A DNA stretch of 58,978 nt, filler included, from Ferroacidibacillus organovorans (lineage in GTDB: Bacteria; Bacillota; Bacilli; Alicyclobacillales; SLC66): assembly GCF_001642725.1 (NCBI RefSeq). It is 7 parts of 7 records of this genome, joined end to end, with 100 filler letters (N's around TTAATTAATTAA, not from the genome) between each part and the next. Parts side by side here need not be neighbours in the genome. Positions count along the whole stretch, not along the records: positions 43,580 to 51,483 come from NZ_LSUQ01000088.1; positions 51,584 to 58,978 come from NZ_LSUQ01000089.1; 5 more parts are not named here. One strand, given 5' to 3'. Below, one piece after another: positions 49,300 to 58,978 of the stretch (within the stretch, counting starts at the first letter, position 1; each line of letters opens with the position of its first letter). The notes beneath the pieces are model-generated. The model worked only from the letters and a program-made list of their open reading frames with translations. It had not been told where the DNA came from and did not search any database. The position numbers and the translations under genes are program-made.

Positions 49300-50741
49300 T
49301 GCGGAGCCGAGACCGTGAGTGGTGAACAGGGGTGTATCGATTTGCAGACGCTCTCGATGAAGAAAAAGGGATCCTCAAAATCAAACAACCGGGAAAGCGC
49401 TACGCGCTCGGCACCTGTCCAATCACTCTCACGCACATTGCACGCCGGCAATCGCGACAGGCACAATTTCACCACATCTTCGCGCTTCATGTAGCGCGCG
49501 AGCGCGGCGCAAAACAAGATCAGTTCGCTGCGCTCTGTGATGTCGCGCGCAGCTTCGACATCACAGAGCGCACAAAGCAGCGCCGTAAACGCGCTGCGCG
49601 GGGCGTCGAGGAGCGCCACGTTCACCATAGCCAACTGCGCCAGTAACGCGTTTCTCCTCACACGTTCGGCATACACAAAAAGGCCGGCCGAAACGCTGAG
49701 CGTGCGTAACTGAAAGAGTTTTACTGGTATCAAATCCTCCATCACATAAGAAAGACCTGCGCGATCGCGCGCGAGCACGTCAAGCCCGATTGCCTTCATG
49801 GCTGTGACGACCTCGCTGAGAAGATCCGCGCACGCCTCCCCTTTTTCGCAAGCGTTCGTCAAAGCGGTTGTCGAAATGCGAAATAGATTCTCTACAACTT
49901 CCTCCACATACGGGAGTTGATCCTGTCCGATCAAGCTTGAACGCGTCAATTGCCGCAGCGCCTCCACCACGCGCGGCGCATCCTCAAACCATCCCTCATC
50001 CTGGTGTCTCGTACCCATCTCTTGCAAAGCGTGAAGAACGGAGATGAGCATGCCACTCTCCCGCTCTTTTGCAGCGATCGAACCGATCTCGACAAATTGA
50101 CGCGCGACGCTTTGGCGCATTTGGGGGTCTCCCATGCTCGCCATCAGCATCAACGTGCGCACCGTGGCCGTCCCGGTTGTCGAATCCATCTCCACCGCGG
50201 CTCGCTTCGCGATATCGCACACTTGTTCAACACGAATCAACGCCTCAGCCGTCTTTCTTTTATGCACCGCAGCACGAAACTCCAATTGGATATTGTCGAT
50301 GATCTGTTCTGGTTTAAGCAATTTCATCACGGCATACATGTAGACGATCAGAATGACAAAACAAAACACGACCAAAATCATATCCGCGTTCATCTGTGGT
50401 TGCAGCATGGACGGCAGTGTCATATGAATCGGTTCGGTGATACGCGAGAGTAAAAACAGACTCTGAATGATCGTCACAAAATAGAAGAGAATCAGCGATG
50501 CATTAAACGGCATTTTTAAAAACATGTCGAGCACTCTGTGTGTATAGCGACTCGCAGTCAATTGAATCGCCACGAGTGCAATGGAGATACAGAGCGCAAA
50601 AATGGTCGAGAGACAGGATACAATCGTGCTCAGATAGTTGCGCGCCGTATCTGTATCCCCGACAAACGCTTTGGGCGAGAAAAAAAAGACGAGGCTGATG
50701 ATCAAGAGCGATCCTAGTATATGAATGACAAGTTTTCGCAA
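49296..50741 (-). CDS. DUF2254-like membrane protein
   Basis: Four N-terminal TM helices, LVAIQLTASRYTHR motif, helical C-terminus. Confidence 0.7.
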   Translation of the reverse strand: MRKLVIHILGSLLIISLVFFFSPKAFVGDTDTARNYLSTIVSCLSTIFALCISIALVAIQLTASRYTHRVLDMFLKMPFNASLILFYFVTIIQSLFLLSRITEPIHMTLPSMLQPQMNADMILVVFCFVILIVYMYAVMKLLKPEQIIDNIQLEFRAAVHKRKTAEALIRVEQVCDIAKRAAVEMDSTTGTATVRTLMLMASMGDPQMRQSVARQFVEIGSIAAKERESGMLISVLHALQEMGTRHQDEGWFEDAPRVVEALRQLTRSSLIGQDQLPYVEEVVENLFRISTTALTNACEKGEACADLLSEVVTAMKAIGLDVLARDRAGLSYVMEDLIPVKLFQLRTLSVSAGLFVYAERVRRNALLAQLAMVNVALLDAPRSAFTALLCALCDVEAARDITERSELILFCAALARYMKREDVVKLCLSRLPACNVRESDWTGAERVALSRLFDFEDPFFFIESVCKSIHPCSPLTVSAPH

Positions 50742-50804
50742 CGAAACAACACACCCTCAGATGGATCGATCCTTCCTCCCTAGGATTTCCAAGTCGTTCC
50801 ATCC

Positions 50805-51483
50805 TTAGACACGATCATCAGTAACGCCCGGCGTTTCGCGAATACGGGAGCGAATCAAGTAAAAGAAGATAAGCGTTCCCGCGAGTCGCAAAACCGTCGA
50901 TACCCACATCGCTGGATCCATGTGGATCTTGCCGAGCAGAAAAACACCGATCTGTGGCGCAACGATGCCCATGACCCCGATGACTACATTAAAATGTGCG
51001 ATGAGTGCGGTGCGATCCTGTTTAGGAACCACTTCTAGCAAGTGATTAAACTGGAGCAGATTGATCCCTGAGACAAACAGGCCTGTGATTAAGTTAAGGC
51101 CTGTCAAATAAAACAGATTTCGTGAAACGACCGTCATGACGGGCGTCGCCGCCATGCCAAGACAGGCAAAAGCGAGCGCTAGCGTGTTTCCATACTTCTC
51201 AGAAATGCGCCCCCACAGCGTAAAGGTGAGAATTTGCGTGATTTGACTGGCGACATTAAACGCGCTGATCCAGATCGCCGTCGCGTGCGCGTACTGGATT
51301 TGATAAATGCTAAAAAGTGGCCACGCTAACTGCCACCCAAAGTTAAAAACCATAGAAGCGATCAGAAAGCGGCGATAAGGAGCGTGGTGAAACGGCTTCA
51401 ACATCTCGCGCACGTGAAAATCGATACGCACGACATCAGGGCGGCGTTCCGTGTTCTCGCGGTGAAGGACCAGATAGTATACC
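50805..51483 (-). CDS. MFS transporter, 5'-truncated
   Basis: Six TM helices; WGRISEKYG loop motif. Confidence 0.85.
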
Positions 51484-51583
51484 NNNNNNNNNNNNNNNNN
51501 NNNNNNNNNNNNNNNNNNNNNNNNNNNTTAATTAATTAANNNNNNNNNNNNNNNNNNNNNNNNNNNNNNNNNNNNNNNNNNNN
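51484..51583. other. Artificial contig spacer
   Basis: N-TTAATTAATTAA-N. Confidence 0.99.
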
Positions 51584-51653
51584 CACCAAGATAAGTTGAC
51601 ATAACTCAATCTCTACCGAGGGGCGAATTTACACCACATCTCGGACTTGATCT
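51584..51653 (+). mobile_element. Right end of an IS element (IS256-like), copy A
   Basis: 70 bp, exact reverse complement of 58909-58978; ends TTTACACCACATCTCGGACTTGATC(T). Confidence 0.75.
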
Positions 51654-52173
51654 CATTTTGCCGATGGAGTGGCAAGATGACCTTGGACTTCATATCGTAG
51701 CTTTTATGATTTCTGAAAGCGGAGAGATACTGGGTTATCAAACGAAAAACCAATATGACCCAGATGAAGACAAATTCGGGTATGTGCCTGGAACTCATCG
51801 TAGGGTGTTTGAGATAAAGGGAGTAACACTCGGAATTGTCATCTGTCATGAGGGATGGCGGTATCCTGAGACGGTACGATGGGCAGCTCGTCAAGGAGCG
51901 CGTATCGTGTTCCACCCTCAATTTACTAACGAAGTAACGAACCCGGAATTTTATCAAAATGCCATGATTTGTAGAAGCGGAGAAAATAACATTTTTTTCG
52001 CAAGCGTCAACTACGCTCTTGAATCCCAAAATGTCACGACAACCATAATTTCTCCATTCGGAGAACGACTGACGGTCGCTGCTCCAAGGCAGGAGCAATT
52101 ATTGGTTTGGGATATCGATCCCAATCAAGCGAGCAGACGACTGGCTGACCGGTATAACCCTGGGCTGTTTTAA
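51654..52173 (+). pseudogene. Carbon-nitrogen hydrolase (nitrilase family), N-terminus removed at the IS junction
   Basis: QTK and ICHEGWRYPE motifs present; the catalytic Glu region is absent. Confidence 0.8.
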
Positions 52174-52437
52174 AGAAACACAGTGAAGCGTTTGGGAATC
52201 GGGCATCTATGCACCAAGAAGAATAGCCACTATTCCTCATTGGGCCATCATCGTAGACGAAAATGGCGTTAGATCGTCGGAAGAAATAGAAATCGCGTGT
52301 TCTCGAATGGCTAACACGGTTTACACAACGGTCAGGCTGTGCTTCCAATGTACTGGCGCTATCTTGATGATCGACATCAGACGAGTGATAGGGGCGGAAA
52401 ATTACGACCTCAACGGGGGGCGAAAAAAGTGACAACT

Positions 52438-53181
52438 ATGGGGTATAGCGGTCCAGACTTTTACGATCAATCTTCCGTTTATGATACCTACATGCAACGC
52501 AGAAGTAGGTCGCAAAACCCGAATGACACAATTGAAAAACCAATTTTTATGGAACTTGTCGGTGGTGTAAAAAATCAGGCAATACTCGATCTTGGCAGTG
52601 GAAACGCTGACTTCGGTCTTGAATCGATAAACAACGGCTGCCGTCGCTATGTTGGGGTGGAAGGTTCCAAAAACATGGTGAATGCAGGACGCAACACGCT
52701 ACAGGGCACACAGGGGGAAATCATTTTCTCTTCGATTGAGGATTGGGATTATCCAGAAGAAACATTTGATCTCGTTGTCTCTCGATTGGCACTCCATTAC
52801 ATCAAGGATGTTGAGGCATGTTTTCAAAACGTATATAAAACACTCGTTCCCGGCGGACAATTCGTTTTTTCCGTTGAACATCCCGTGTTGACCTCTTGCG
52901 CGCGAAGTGCAGAAATCTCAACACGAAGAGCAGACTGGATCGTTGATCATTATTTTGAGACGGGTGAGCGCATTTCCCCTTGGTTGGGTAGTACCGTACT
53001 TAAATACCATCGTACCATTGATGATTATTTTTCTGCGGTTCAAAAAGCGGGATTGTCCATCACATCCCTTCGGGAGTCTCGACCATCACCGTCCAATCTG
53101 GATCAAGATGAATACATTCGCCGATTGAGAATCCCACTCTTTTTGTTCATTTCGTCTCATAAGGCGCAAGATCGCCTATGA
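52438..53181 (+). CDS. Class I SAM-dependent methyltransferase
   Basis: ILDLGSG, FDLVVSRLALHY and LVPGG motifs. Confidence 0.92.
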   Translation: MGYSGPDFYDQSSVYDTYMQRRSRSQNPNDTIEKPIFMELVGGVKNQAILDLGSGNADFGLESINNGCRRYVGVEGSKNMVNAGRNTLQGTQGEIIFSSIEDWDYPEETFDLVVSRLALHYIKDVEACFQNVYKTLVPGGQFVFSVEHPVLTSCARSAEISTRRADWIVDHYFETGERISPWLGSTVLKYHRTIDDYFSAVQKAGLSITSLRESRPSPSNLDQDEYIRRLRIPLFLFISSHKAQDRL

Positions 53182-53286
53182 TTAAGCGTGATATTTGCCG
53201 AAGTCGATCCTAAAAAACTGTTTGCAACGATTTCTGTCTATAAGCGGAGCGTGAACGCCAGAAGATAAGAAGAGGGAGTGATTCGT

Positions 53287-53676
53287 ATGACAGAGAGAAT
53301 CAAGGTGTCGTCAGGTTCTGCATGGGAACCTGTTGTGGGATACAGTCGAGCGATTCGCGTTGGAGACCGTGTTGAAGTGGCAGGCACCACCGCTGTAAGA
53401 GATGGCAAAATCGTCGGTGTGGGTGACGCTTATGCACAAACGGTATGCGCCTTAGAAATCATAAAAGAATCCCTCGAAAAGGTTGGAGCAACACTGGATG
53501 ATATTGTTCGGACAAGGATGTTCGTAACCGATATCTCAAAATGGGAGGAAATAGGAAAGGCACACGGAACGTTTTTTAGGGATATCCGTCCTGCCGCTAC
53601 AATGGTTGAAGTGAAAGCGCTCATCGAGCCTGAGCTCATGGTCGAGATTGAAGCCATCGCAATCGTAAATGAGTAG
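53287..53676 (+). CDS. RidA/YjgF family protein
   Basis: WEPVVGYSRA, RPAATMVEV and VEIEA motifs. Confidence 0.92.
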   Translation: MTERIKVSSGSAWEPVVGYSRAIRVGDRVEVAGTTAVRDGKIVGVGDAYAQTVCALEIIKESLEKVGATLDDIVRTRMFVTDISKWEEIGKAHGTFFRDIRPAATMVEVKALIEPELMVEIEAIAIVNE

Positions 53677-53717
53677 TCGTGGTCCTTTCCTCATGTAAAA
53701 GAGCAATTTGGGTACGA

Positions 53718-54470
53718 TCAAAGGATCGATTTTGCGAACAACACCACCCCAAGCGCCATGACAAGAAAAAAGATGTAGCGTTGAAATTTGTCTGTAGGGA
53801 TTTTTCGATGAAGTAGAGTGCCTAACAGGATGGCTGCAGCCATGGATGGCAGAGAAAACAAATACAGAGTAAACACGTCGAAATTCCACATCTGGCTTAT
53901 TCCCTGTCCGATAACGATGAGTGTACCCGAAATGAGAAAATAAGCTTGCATGGTACTTCGAAAAATTCTCGGCTGCCATCCTCGTATTGAACCGTAAACC
54001 GCAACCGGAACGCCGTTAAAATTATACGCACTGCCAAAGACACCTGAGGCAAAACCAAATAATACGCCCCATAACGGATGCTGCAATCGATCCTGCACGT
54101 CTGTGATAAGATAAATAGGTCGGGTTAATGAGTAAATCGCATAAGCAAAAAGTGCGACACCGAGTGATCCTGTCATGACATTTGTCGGAACATAAGTCAC
54201 CATGATCAGCCCGATGGGGATTCCTGCGAGAGCGGAAAAAACCAATGGAACCAACGCTTTGCGATGGATATGCCGCCAACCCGTCGTTACAGCAACTATG
54301 GCTACCGTAAGTCCGACAAACCCCATTAAAGAAATAGAAGTATGCAAATTGAGTGGAAGCAGTGTCAATAGCGGCATACTCACTACGGCTTCTCCAAAGC
54401 CAAACGTAGTGCGCGTCAAAGCTCCCAAAAAAATCACCAAAACGACTCCAAGAATCAGCAGTATCGACAT
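53718..54470 (-). CDS. Sulfite exporter TauE/SafE family membrane protein
   Basis: GFGEAVVSMP and GVPV repeats; about 8 TM helices. Confidence 0.85.
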   Translation of the reverse strand: MSILLILGVVLVIFLGALTRTTFGFGEAVVSMPLLTLLPLNLHTSISLMGFVGLTVAIVAVTTGWRHIHRKALVPLVFSALAGIPIGLIMVTYVPTNVMTGSLGVALFAYAIYSLTRPIYLITDVQDRLQHPLWGVLFGFASGVFGSAYNFNGVPVAVYGSIRGWQPRIFRSTMQAYFLISGTLIVIGQGISQMWNFDVFTLYLFSLPSMAAAILLGTLLHRKIPTDKFQRYIFFLVMALGVVLFAKSIL

Positions 54471-54696
54471 ATTTGCTCCCGTATGAATGATCATTGCCTC
54501 TATTTTATTTGAAGATCACCGTGTTGGAAACGATGGATCGAGATGATGCCTACAAACCACTCGCTAGAACTTCTTCCCTTAAACATTGCAGGGCATGATA
54601 AAATCCAGCCTTCGCATGAAAAGGTCAGTCCGTGTAACCTCCCCACTTCATCTCTCGTCTTAACTGTAACCATTGACTTGAGAGGGTGGAGAACAC

Positions 54697-55521
54697 ATGG
54701 TATTCCCCTCATTCACCGCACGCGTGGCTCTCGTCGCGCTCTCTGCAGTCTCTCTTCTCTCCATTTTGTCACCCGCATCCATGGCTCCATCGTTTGCTCA
54801 TTACACCGAAGCAACCCCACAGTTTCCGATAATTTCAAAAATGGATTCAGCGAGTGATAAAGAAATGCCCTATTCCGCATTAGGCGTTGTTGCTCAAATC
54901 GCGATGTTTCACTCTGGTTATGGATGGGCTGCATCAAGTCTAGGCGTGTTTCAAACAAGTGACAGCGGAACCCATTGGGTTAGAACGCTTCGCGGCGACG
55001 CCGCGATCAAATCAAACGGCCAGACTGACTTTTTAAACAAGAATACCGCTTACGCCATTTTACCGGCTAATAACACGCAAAGTTACCTCTATGTGACACA
55101 TGACGGCGGTAGAAAATGGAATCGAAATTTGGTACCGATCGAAGCACAATCCGTCATACAGATCAGCTTTGCCAATTCGCGGGTGGGTTTAATGATGACT
55201 GCACCGCATGGAGCTGCCGGCCCACTTGAGCCGATTGCACTGTACAAAACTAAAGACGGAGGCGTAAAGTGGAACCCAACAAAGCCGCTTTTAACTAAAT
55301 CTAGCGTTATCTACGATATACTTAACGCCACTCACATCTTTGCAAAAGTCGGTCAAACGCTTTATGAGAGCAAAAAAGTAGGCCAAAGTTGGTATGTTGC
55401 AGGAAATCATGCCCCGAGCGGCACCACCCTCATCTTTGTGAGTCCTTCAGATGGATACGCTGTAGGAACCACTCTATGGAAAACGGTAACGGGCGGAAAA
55501 ACGTGGTCTAAAATTCGCTAG
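54697..55521 (+). CDS. Secreted BNR/Asp-box beta-propeller protein (YCF48-like)
   Basis: Signal peptide; repeats TSDSGTHW, THDGGRKW, TKDGGVKW and TVTGGKTW. Confidence 0.8.
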   Translation: MVFPSFTARVALVALSAVSLLSILSPASMAPSFAHYTEATPQFPIISKMDSASDKEMPYSALGVVAQIAMFHSGYGWAASSLGVFQTSDSGTHWVRTLRGDAAIKSNGQTDFLNKNTAYAILPANNTQSYLYVTHDGGRKWNRNLVPIEAQSVIQISFANSRVGLMMTAPHGAAGPLEPIALYKTKDGGVKWNPTKPLLTKSSVIYDILNATHIFAKVGQTLYESKKVGQSWYVAGNHAPSGTTLIFVSPSDGYAVGTTLWKTVTGGKTWSKIR

Positions 55522-55550
55522 TTCTACGAACTTTTCAGGAGGTTACGTAC

Positions 55551-55754
55551 GTGAAAAAACAATCCGCTGAACGCTATACGATCAAGGATCATGAATTGCA
55601 CTGCCCAATCTGTTCTCATGATCATTTCTACACACGCCACACATTGATGGGCACTGCCGGAAAATCACTTTTTGATGTCAATTGGATGAATCCAGAAGCT
55701 GATAATTACATCTGTGAACAATGTGGGTATGTTCTGTGGTTTTTAGAACCATAA
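55551..55754 (+). CDS. Small zinc-ribbon protein
   Basis: CPIC and CEQCGY motifs; AGGAGG RBS. Confidence 0.8.
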   Translation: MKKQSAERYTIKDHELHCPICSHDHFYTRHTLMGTAGKSLFDVNWMNPEADNYICEQCGYVLWFLEP

Positions 55755-56043
55755 ATCAATTGATCATGCCCAAACCGTTTCACTCGCCGAATCCTGATGG
55801 TGGTAATGATACTTCAAGAAACTATAATCAGAATGCTCTATTTAGAATCCTCTCCGCAGATGGGACTCCCCTTCCTATAAAAAATTCCCCCTACCCTCGC
55901 GAACCTACACTCATTCCCTGGACAGCGGGGCGTACTTTGCGCCCTGCTTTCATCTGGGGATTTTAGAAAACCCAATCGTTTGTGAAAAAAATCCTCACAG
56001 GGGTTTACTTGCGAGCAGATTCAACATATCGTTTAAGCGACAG

Positions 56044-56102
56044 AAAAGTTTCCCTAAGCTAATTTTATTTCCCTACAGAAAATATATTTCCATCAGGAAA
56101 AA
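56044..56102 (+). promoter_or_regulatory. Tandem MntR-like operator boxes
   Basis: AAAGTTTCCCTAAGCTAATTT, ATTTCCCTACAGAAAAT and ATTTCCATCAGGAAAA upstream of mntH. Confidence 0.65.
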
Positions 56103-56128
56103 CACAACTCACCTGGGCACGAGGAGGC

Positions 56129-57436
56129 TTGTTGATCATGGGACTATCGTCTGTCTCGGTACCAATGAAAGAAGATCGCGCCACACAGGCATGCAGAAGT
56201 TCACTTTCCGGAAAACGCAAAGGCATTCGCGCACTACTGCCATTTATCGGCCCTGCCTTTATCGCATCTATTGCATACATGGACCCTGGAAATTTTGCAA
56301 CCAATATCCAGGGCGGGGCGGAATTCGGATACAAACTCCTTTGGGTTGTGGTCATGGCAAGTGCCATGGCGACCCTCATTCAGTACATGTCCGCAAAACT
56401 GGGTATTGCTACGGGTCGAAATTTGCCTGAGCTTTGCCGACAACACTTTCCCAAATGGTTGTCGATCAGCCTCTGGATCATCTCGGAGTTCACCGCAATG
56501 GCGACAGACTTGGCTGAGTTTCTAGGGGCGACCCTTGGCTTGTACCTGCTGTTTCACATCCCGCTCATCATCGGCACCCTTTTGACGGGCATCACCACCT
56601 ACTTGATTCTGATGCTTGAACGGTTCGGATTCAGGCCACTCGAACGATTTATTACAGCCCTAGTGTTGGTGATCGGTGCAGCGTACCTTGTTGAAACGGT
56701 TCTCTCACGACCATCCGCCAGTCAAATTCTATATCACAGCATCGTGCCATGGATGGGCAACAGCAACGCGCTGCTACTAGCCGTTGGTGTGGTCGGGGCG
56801 ACAGTCATGCCGCATGTGGTGTATCTCCATTCAGGACTTACGCAAAATCGTGTGACTCCAAATGATGAACAGGAAAAACATCTCATAAATCGATTCAGCC
56901 GCATAGAGGTGCTGATTGCCCTGTCTCTGGCCGGAATCATCAACATGGCCATGATGTACATGGCAGCCTCTGTATTTTTTAATACGGGACATACAAACAT
57001 TGCAAGTATTCCAACAGCGTATGAGACACTGAGACCCCTTCTGGGTTCAGCGGCTGCCGGCGTTTTCCTGGTTTCTCTTTTGGCTTCTGGCTTTTCGAGT
57101 TCGGCCGTCGGCACCATGGCGGGGCAGGTCATCATGCAAGGATTTGTAGGATTTAAGATCCCACTTTGGGTGCGCCGCGTCGTAACGATGTTGCCTACAT
57201 TCATCATTGTATTACTCGGCGTAAACCCCACCGAGACACTGGTGATCAGTCAAGTTTTGCTCAGCATTGCCCTGCCCGCCCCGATTCTGACACTGATCTA
57301 CTTTACACGCAGAAAAGACATCATGGGCAGCCTTGTGAACAAATCCGCAACGACCATCTTTTCAAGTGCGATTGCACTTACGATTCTCTTTTTAAACGTC
57401 GCCCTGATCTACTCCTCATTGGGCGGTTCAATCTAA
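56129..57436 (+). CDS. mntH: NRAMP Mn2+/Fe2+ transporter
   Basis: AYMDPGN, GATVMPH and GQVIMQGF motifs; start is 56129 or 56138. Confidence 0.94.
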   Translation: MLIMGLSSVSVPMKEDRATQACRSSLSGKRKGIRALLPFIGPAFIASIAYMDPGNFATNIQGGAEFGYKLLWVVVMASAMATLIQYMSAKLGIATGRNLPELCRQHFPKWLSISLWIISEFTAMATDLAEFLGATLGLYLLFHIPLIIGTLLTGITTYLILMLERFGFRPLERFITALVLVIGAAYLVETVLSRPSASQILYHSIVPWMGNSNALLLAVGVVGATVMPHVVYLHSGLTQNRVTPNDEQEKHLINRFSRIEVLIALSLAGIINMAMMYMAASVFFNTGHTNIASIPTAYETLRPLLGSAAAGVFLVSLLASGFSSSAVGTMAGQVIMQGFVGFKIPLWVRRVVTMLPTFIIVLLGVNPTETLVISQVLLSIALPAPILTLIYFTRRKDIMGSLVNKSATTIFSSAIALTILFLNVALIYSSLGGSI

Positions 57437-57447
57437 AAAATCGCCAA

Positions 57448-57473
57448 GGGCAGGAAGTCAGCGCTTCCTGCCC
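57448..57473. terminator. Hairpin between convergent mntH and nitroreductase genes
   Basis: GGGCAGGAAG...CTTCCTGCCC. Confidence 0.7.
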
Positions 57474-57512
57474 GAAGATTTGAAATGCATTTCCTATCGT
57501 TTTTCCCGCGCT

Positions 57513-57998
57513 CTACGGCAGGTGCCGCGTCTTTTCAGATATTGGCGTGCGCATTTTGGGTGCGGGAATCTCGCTCGGATAACCGATGCCAAAAACACCC
57601 ACCACGTCATACTTCTCCGCTGCACCAAGGATTTCCCTGTTTTTTGGCAAAGACCCAAGAGATGCCCAACGCGTGCCAACCCCCTCCGCATGCAAGAGAA
57701 GAAGAAAATTCTGCACAAAACACGCTGTCGCAACTAAATTCTCCTCGCGCTCTAGCTCGTTTTGTCCACGATTCGACAGTACAGCGAGAACGATTGGTGC
57801 TCCACCAAAATCTGCACCGTGGTTTAGCGCTGCGCGCGCTTTTGGACCTACGAAAACGACCTCCCAAGGTTCGGTCAGACGATGATTAGGCGCCATGGTT
57901 GCGGTTTGTAGTACAGCATTGACCATGGTCTCATCGACAGGATCCTGCCGGAACGTTTTGATATTTCGGCGTGTAGCGATTCGTTCTGCAAGTTTCAT
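57513..57998 (-). CDS. Nitroreductase (YfhC/YdjA-like)
   Basis: RRNIKTF, APNHRLTEPW and IGYP motifs. Confidence 0.9.
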   Translation of the reverse strand: MKLAERIATRRNIKTFRQDPVDETMVNAVLQTATMAPNHRLTEPWEVVFVGPKARAALNHGADFGGAPIVLAVLSNRGQNELEREENLVATACFVQNFLLLLHAEGVGTRWASLGSLPKNREILGAAEKYDVVGVFGIGYPSEIPAPKMRTPISEKTRHLP

Positions 57999-58203
57999 AA
58001 TCGGTGTATCCTCTCTCCATGGCTTAGGTACATCCTTTACTCGCTTTCGCAACGAATCTTATCATACAAAACGCGATTTCAGATCACGTTCCAATAAACA
58101 ACACCTATCTTACATTCGATTGCATAAAACGATTACCTTAGACAGAAATTAACAGATGATCTAATACGTCCGTGCTAAAACCATTTTGGAGGAGGTATCG
58201 TGA

Positions 58204-58842
58204 ATGAACCGCCGTATGGATAGGATGACCATTGCCGCCACAGTCATCGCGATGACTGTCTTTGTATCAGGATGCGGTACTACAAATCAAGGGTCCGCGC
58301 CATCACAGACACAAAGCACAACCCATCCACCCCAAACTACGAATCATACGACGACACCCGGCAACCCATCCTCATTTCCTGCGAGCGTCGCAATGGTTCA
58401 CTTCACCATTACGGGCAGTCAATTGAAGAGTATCCAATCTGCTGTAAAAATGATTCACGGAAATCCTCGCACACTGGGTTTTGGTAGCGGTCAAAAAATA
58501 TATGTACCCGCAGCGTTGCCCAAAGGCCAAAAGTTTCTTAGTGCTTATTCCGGAATAAACTCGATATTTGGTACCAACGTAAATCTGGGCTTTAGTGGAT
58601 TCAATTTGGATCTAAGCAATAAAACTCCAGATATTATTAAAAAAGTAAAAACCGTAACGCTCTCTCAGGGCCATACAGGAACGTGGTACATAAACAAACC
58701 AGGAACGGGTGGTACAACCTACTTTCTAATCTACACGATCGGTAAGACCAACCTCATTTATTACTCCAACCTTAAAACGCTATCCTTTTCTCAGATCGAG
58801 AAAACCGCGAGTCAGTGGATCGATTTAGGTAGTATGCATTGA
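58204..58842 (+). CDS. Hypothetical lipoprotein
   Basis: VSGC lipobox followed by a Thr/Pro/Gln-rich linker; GGAGG RBS. Confidence 0.8.
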   Translation: MNRRMDRMTIAATVIAMTVFVSGCGTTNQGSAPSQTQSTTHPPQTTNHTTTPGNPSSFPASVAMVHFTITGSQLKSIQSAVKMIHGNPRTLGFGSGQKIYVPAALPKGQKFLSAYSGINSIFGTNVNLGFSGFNLDLSNKTPDIIKKVKTVTLSQGHTGTWYINKPGTGGTTYFLIYTIGKTNLIYYSNLKTLSFSQIEKTASQWIDLGSMH

Positions 58843-58908
58843 CGGAACAAATCAGTGCATCGACGCTTGTATGAATCTCATGTTAATCAACGTTTGATTC
58901 GTAGTTGT

Positions 58909-58978
58909 AGATCAAGTCCGAGATGTGGTGTAAATTCGCCCCTCGGTAGAGATTGAGTTATGTCAACTTATCTTGGTG
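58909..58978 (-). mobile_element. Right end of an IS element (IS256-like), copy B, inverted
   Basis: Exact reverse complement of 51584-51653. Confidence 0.75.

Overview
This window is not one locus. It is seven draft contigs (1-8768, 8869-17613, 17714-26443, 26544-35136, 35237-43479, 43580-51483, 51584-58978) joined by artificial N-TTAATTAATTAA-N spacers, so no gene neighbourhood across a spacer is real. Gene content and regulatory motifs (LexA Cheo boxes, cre, PhoP and MntR boxes) indicate a moderately GC-rich Bacillota member; Alicyclobacillaceae is only a guess. Five contigs are mostly housekeeping: form II coxSL-like genes, alaRT, fdhF, cysK, pgi, acs, fni, an SOS PolY operon, tRNA-Ser, ilvA, hisC, aroA, pstS, yloB and rqcH. 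Two are AT-richer accessory contigs. The main findings: (1) contig 2 has a decayed tyrosine recombinase followed by co-oriented small accessory genes separated by five ~105-120 bp imperfect hairpins with a conserved, centred TGYAT-GANN-ATRCR apex, which looks like an integron-like cassette array in a Gram-positive host; (2) a yyaL (DUF255/SPATA20) gene is split at GYS|TCHW by a 51-nt gap whose UAG-in-a-UNCG-hairpin layout closely mirrors the T4 gene 60 translational bypass signal; (3) a class IIC group II intron 5' end sits just after a terminator; (4) contig 7 is bounded by two identical, inverted IS256-like ends. All product calls come from motif recognition by eye; no database searches were run.
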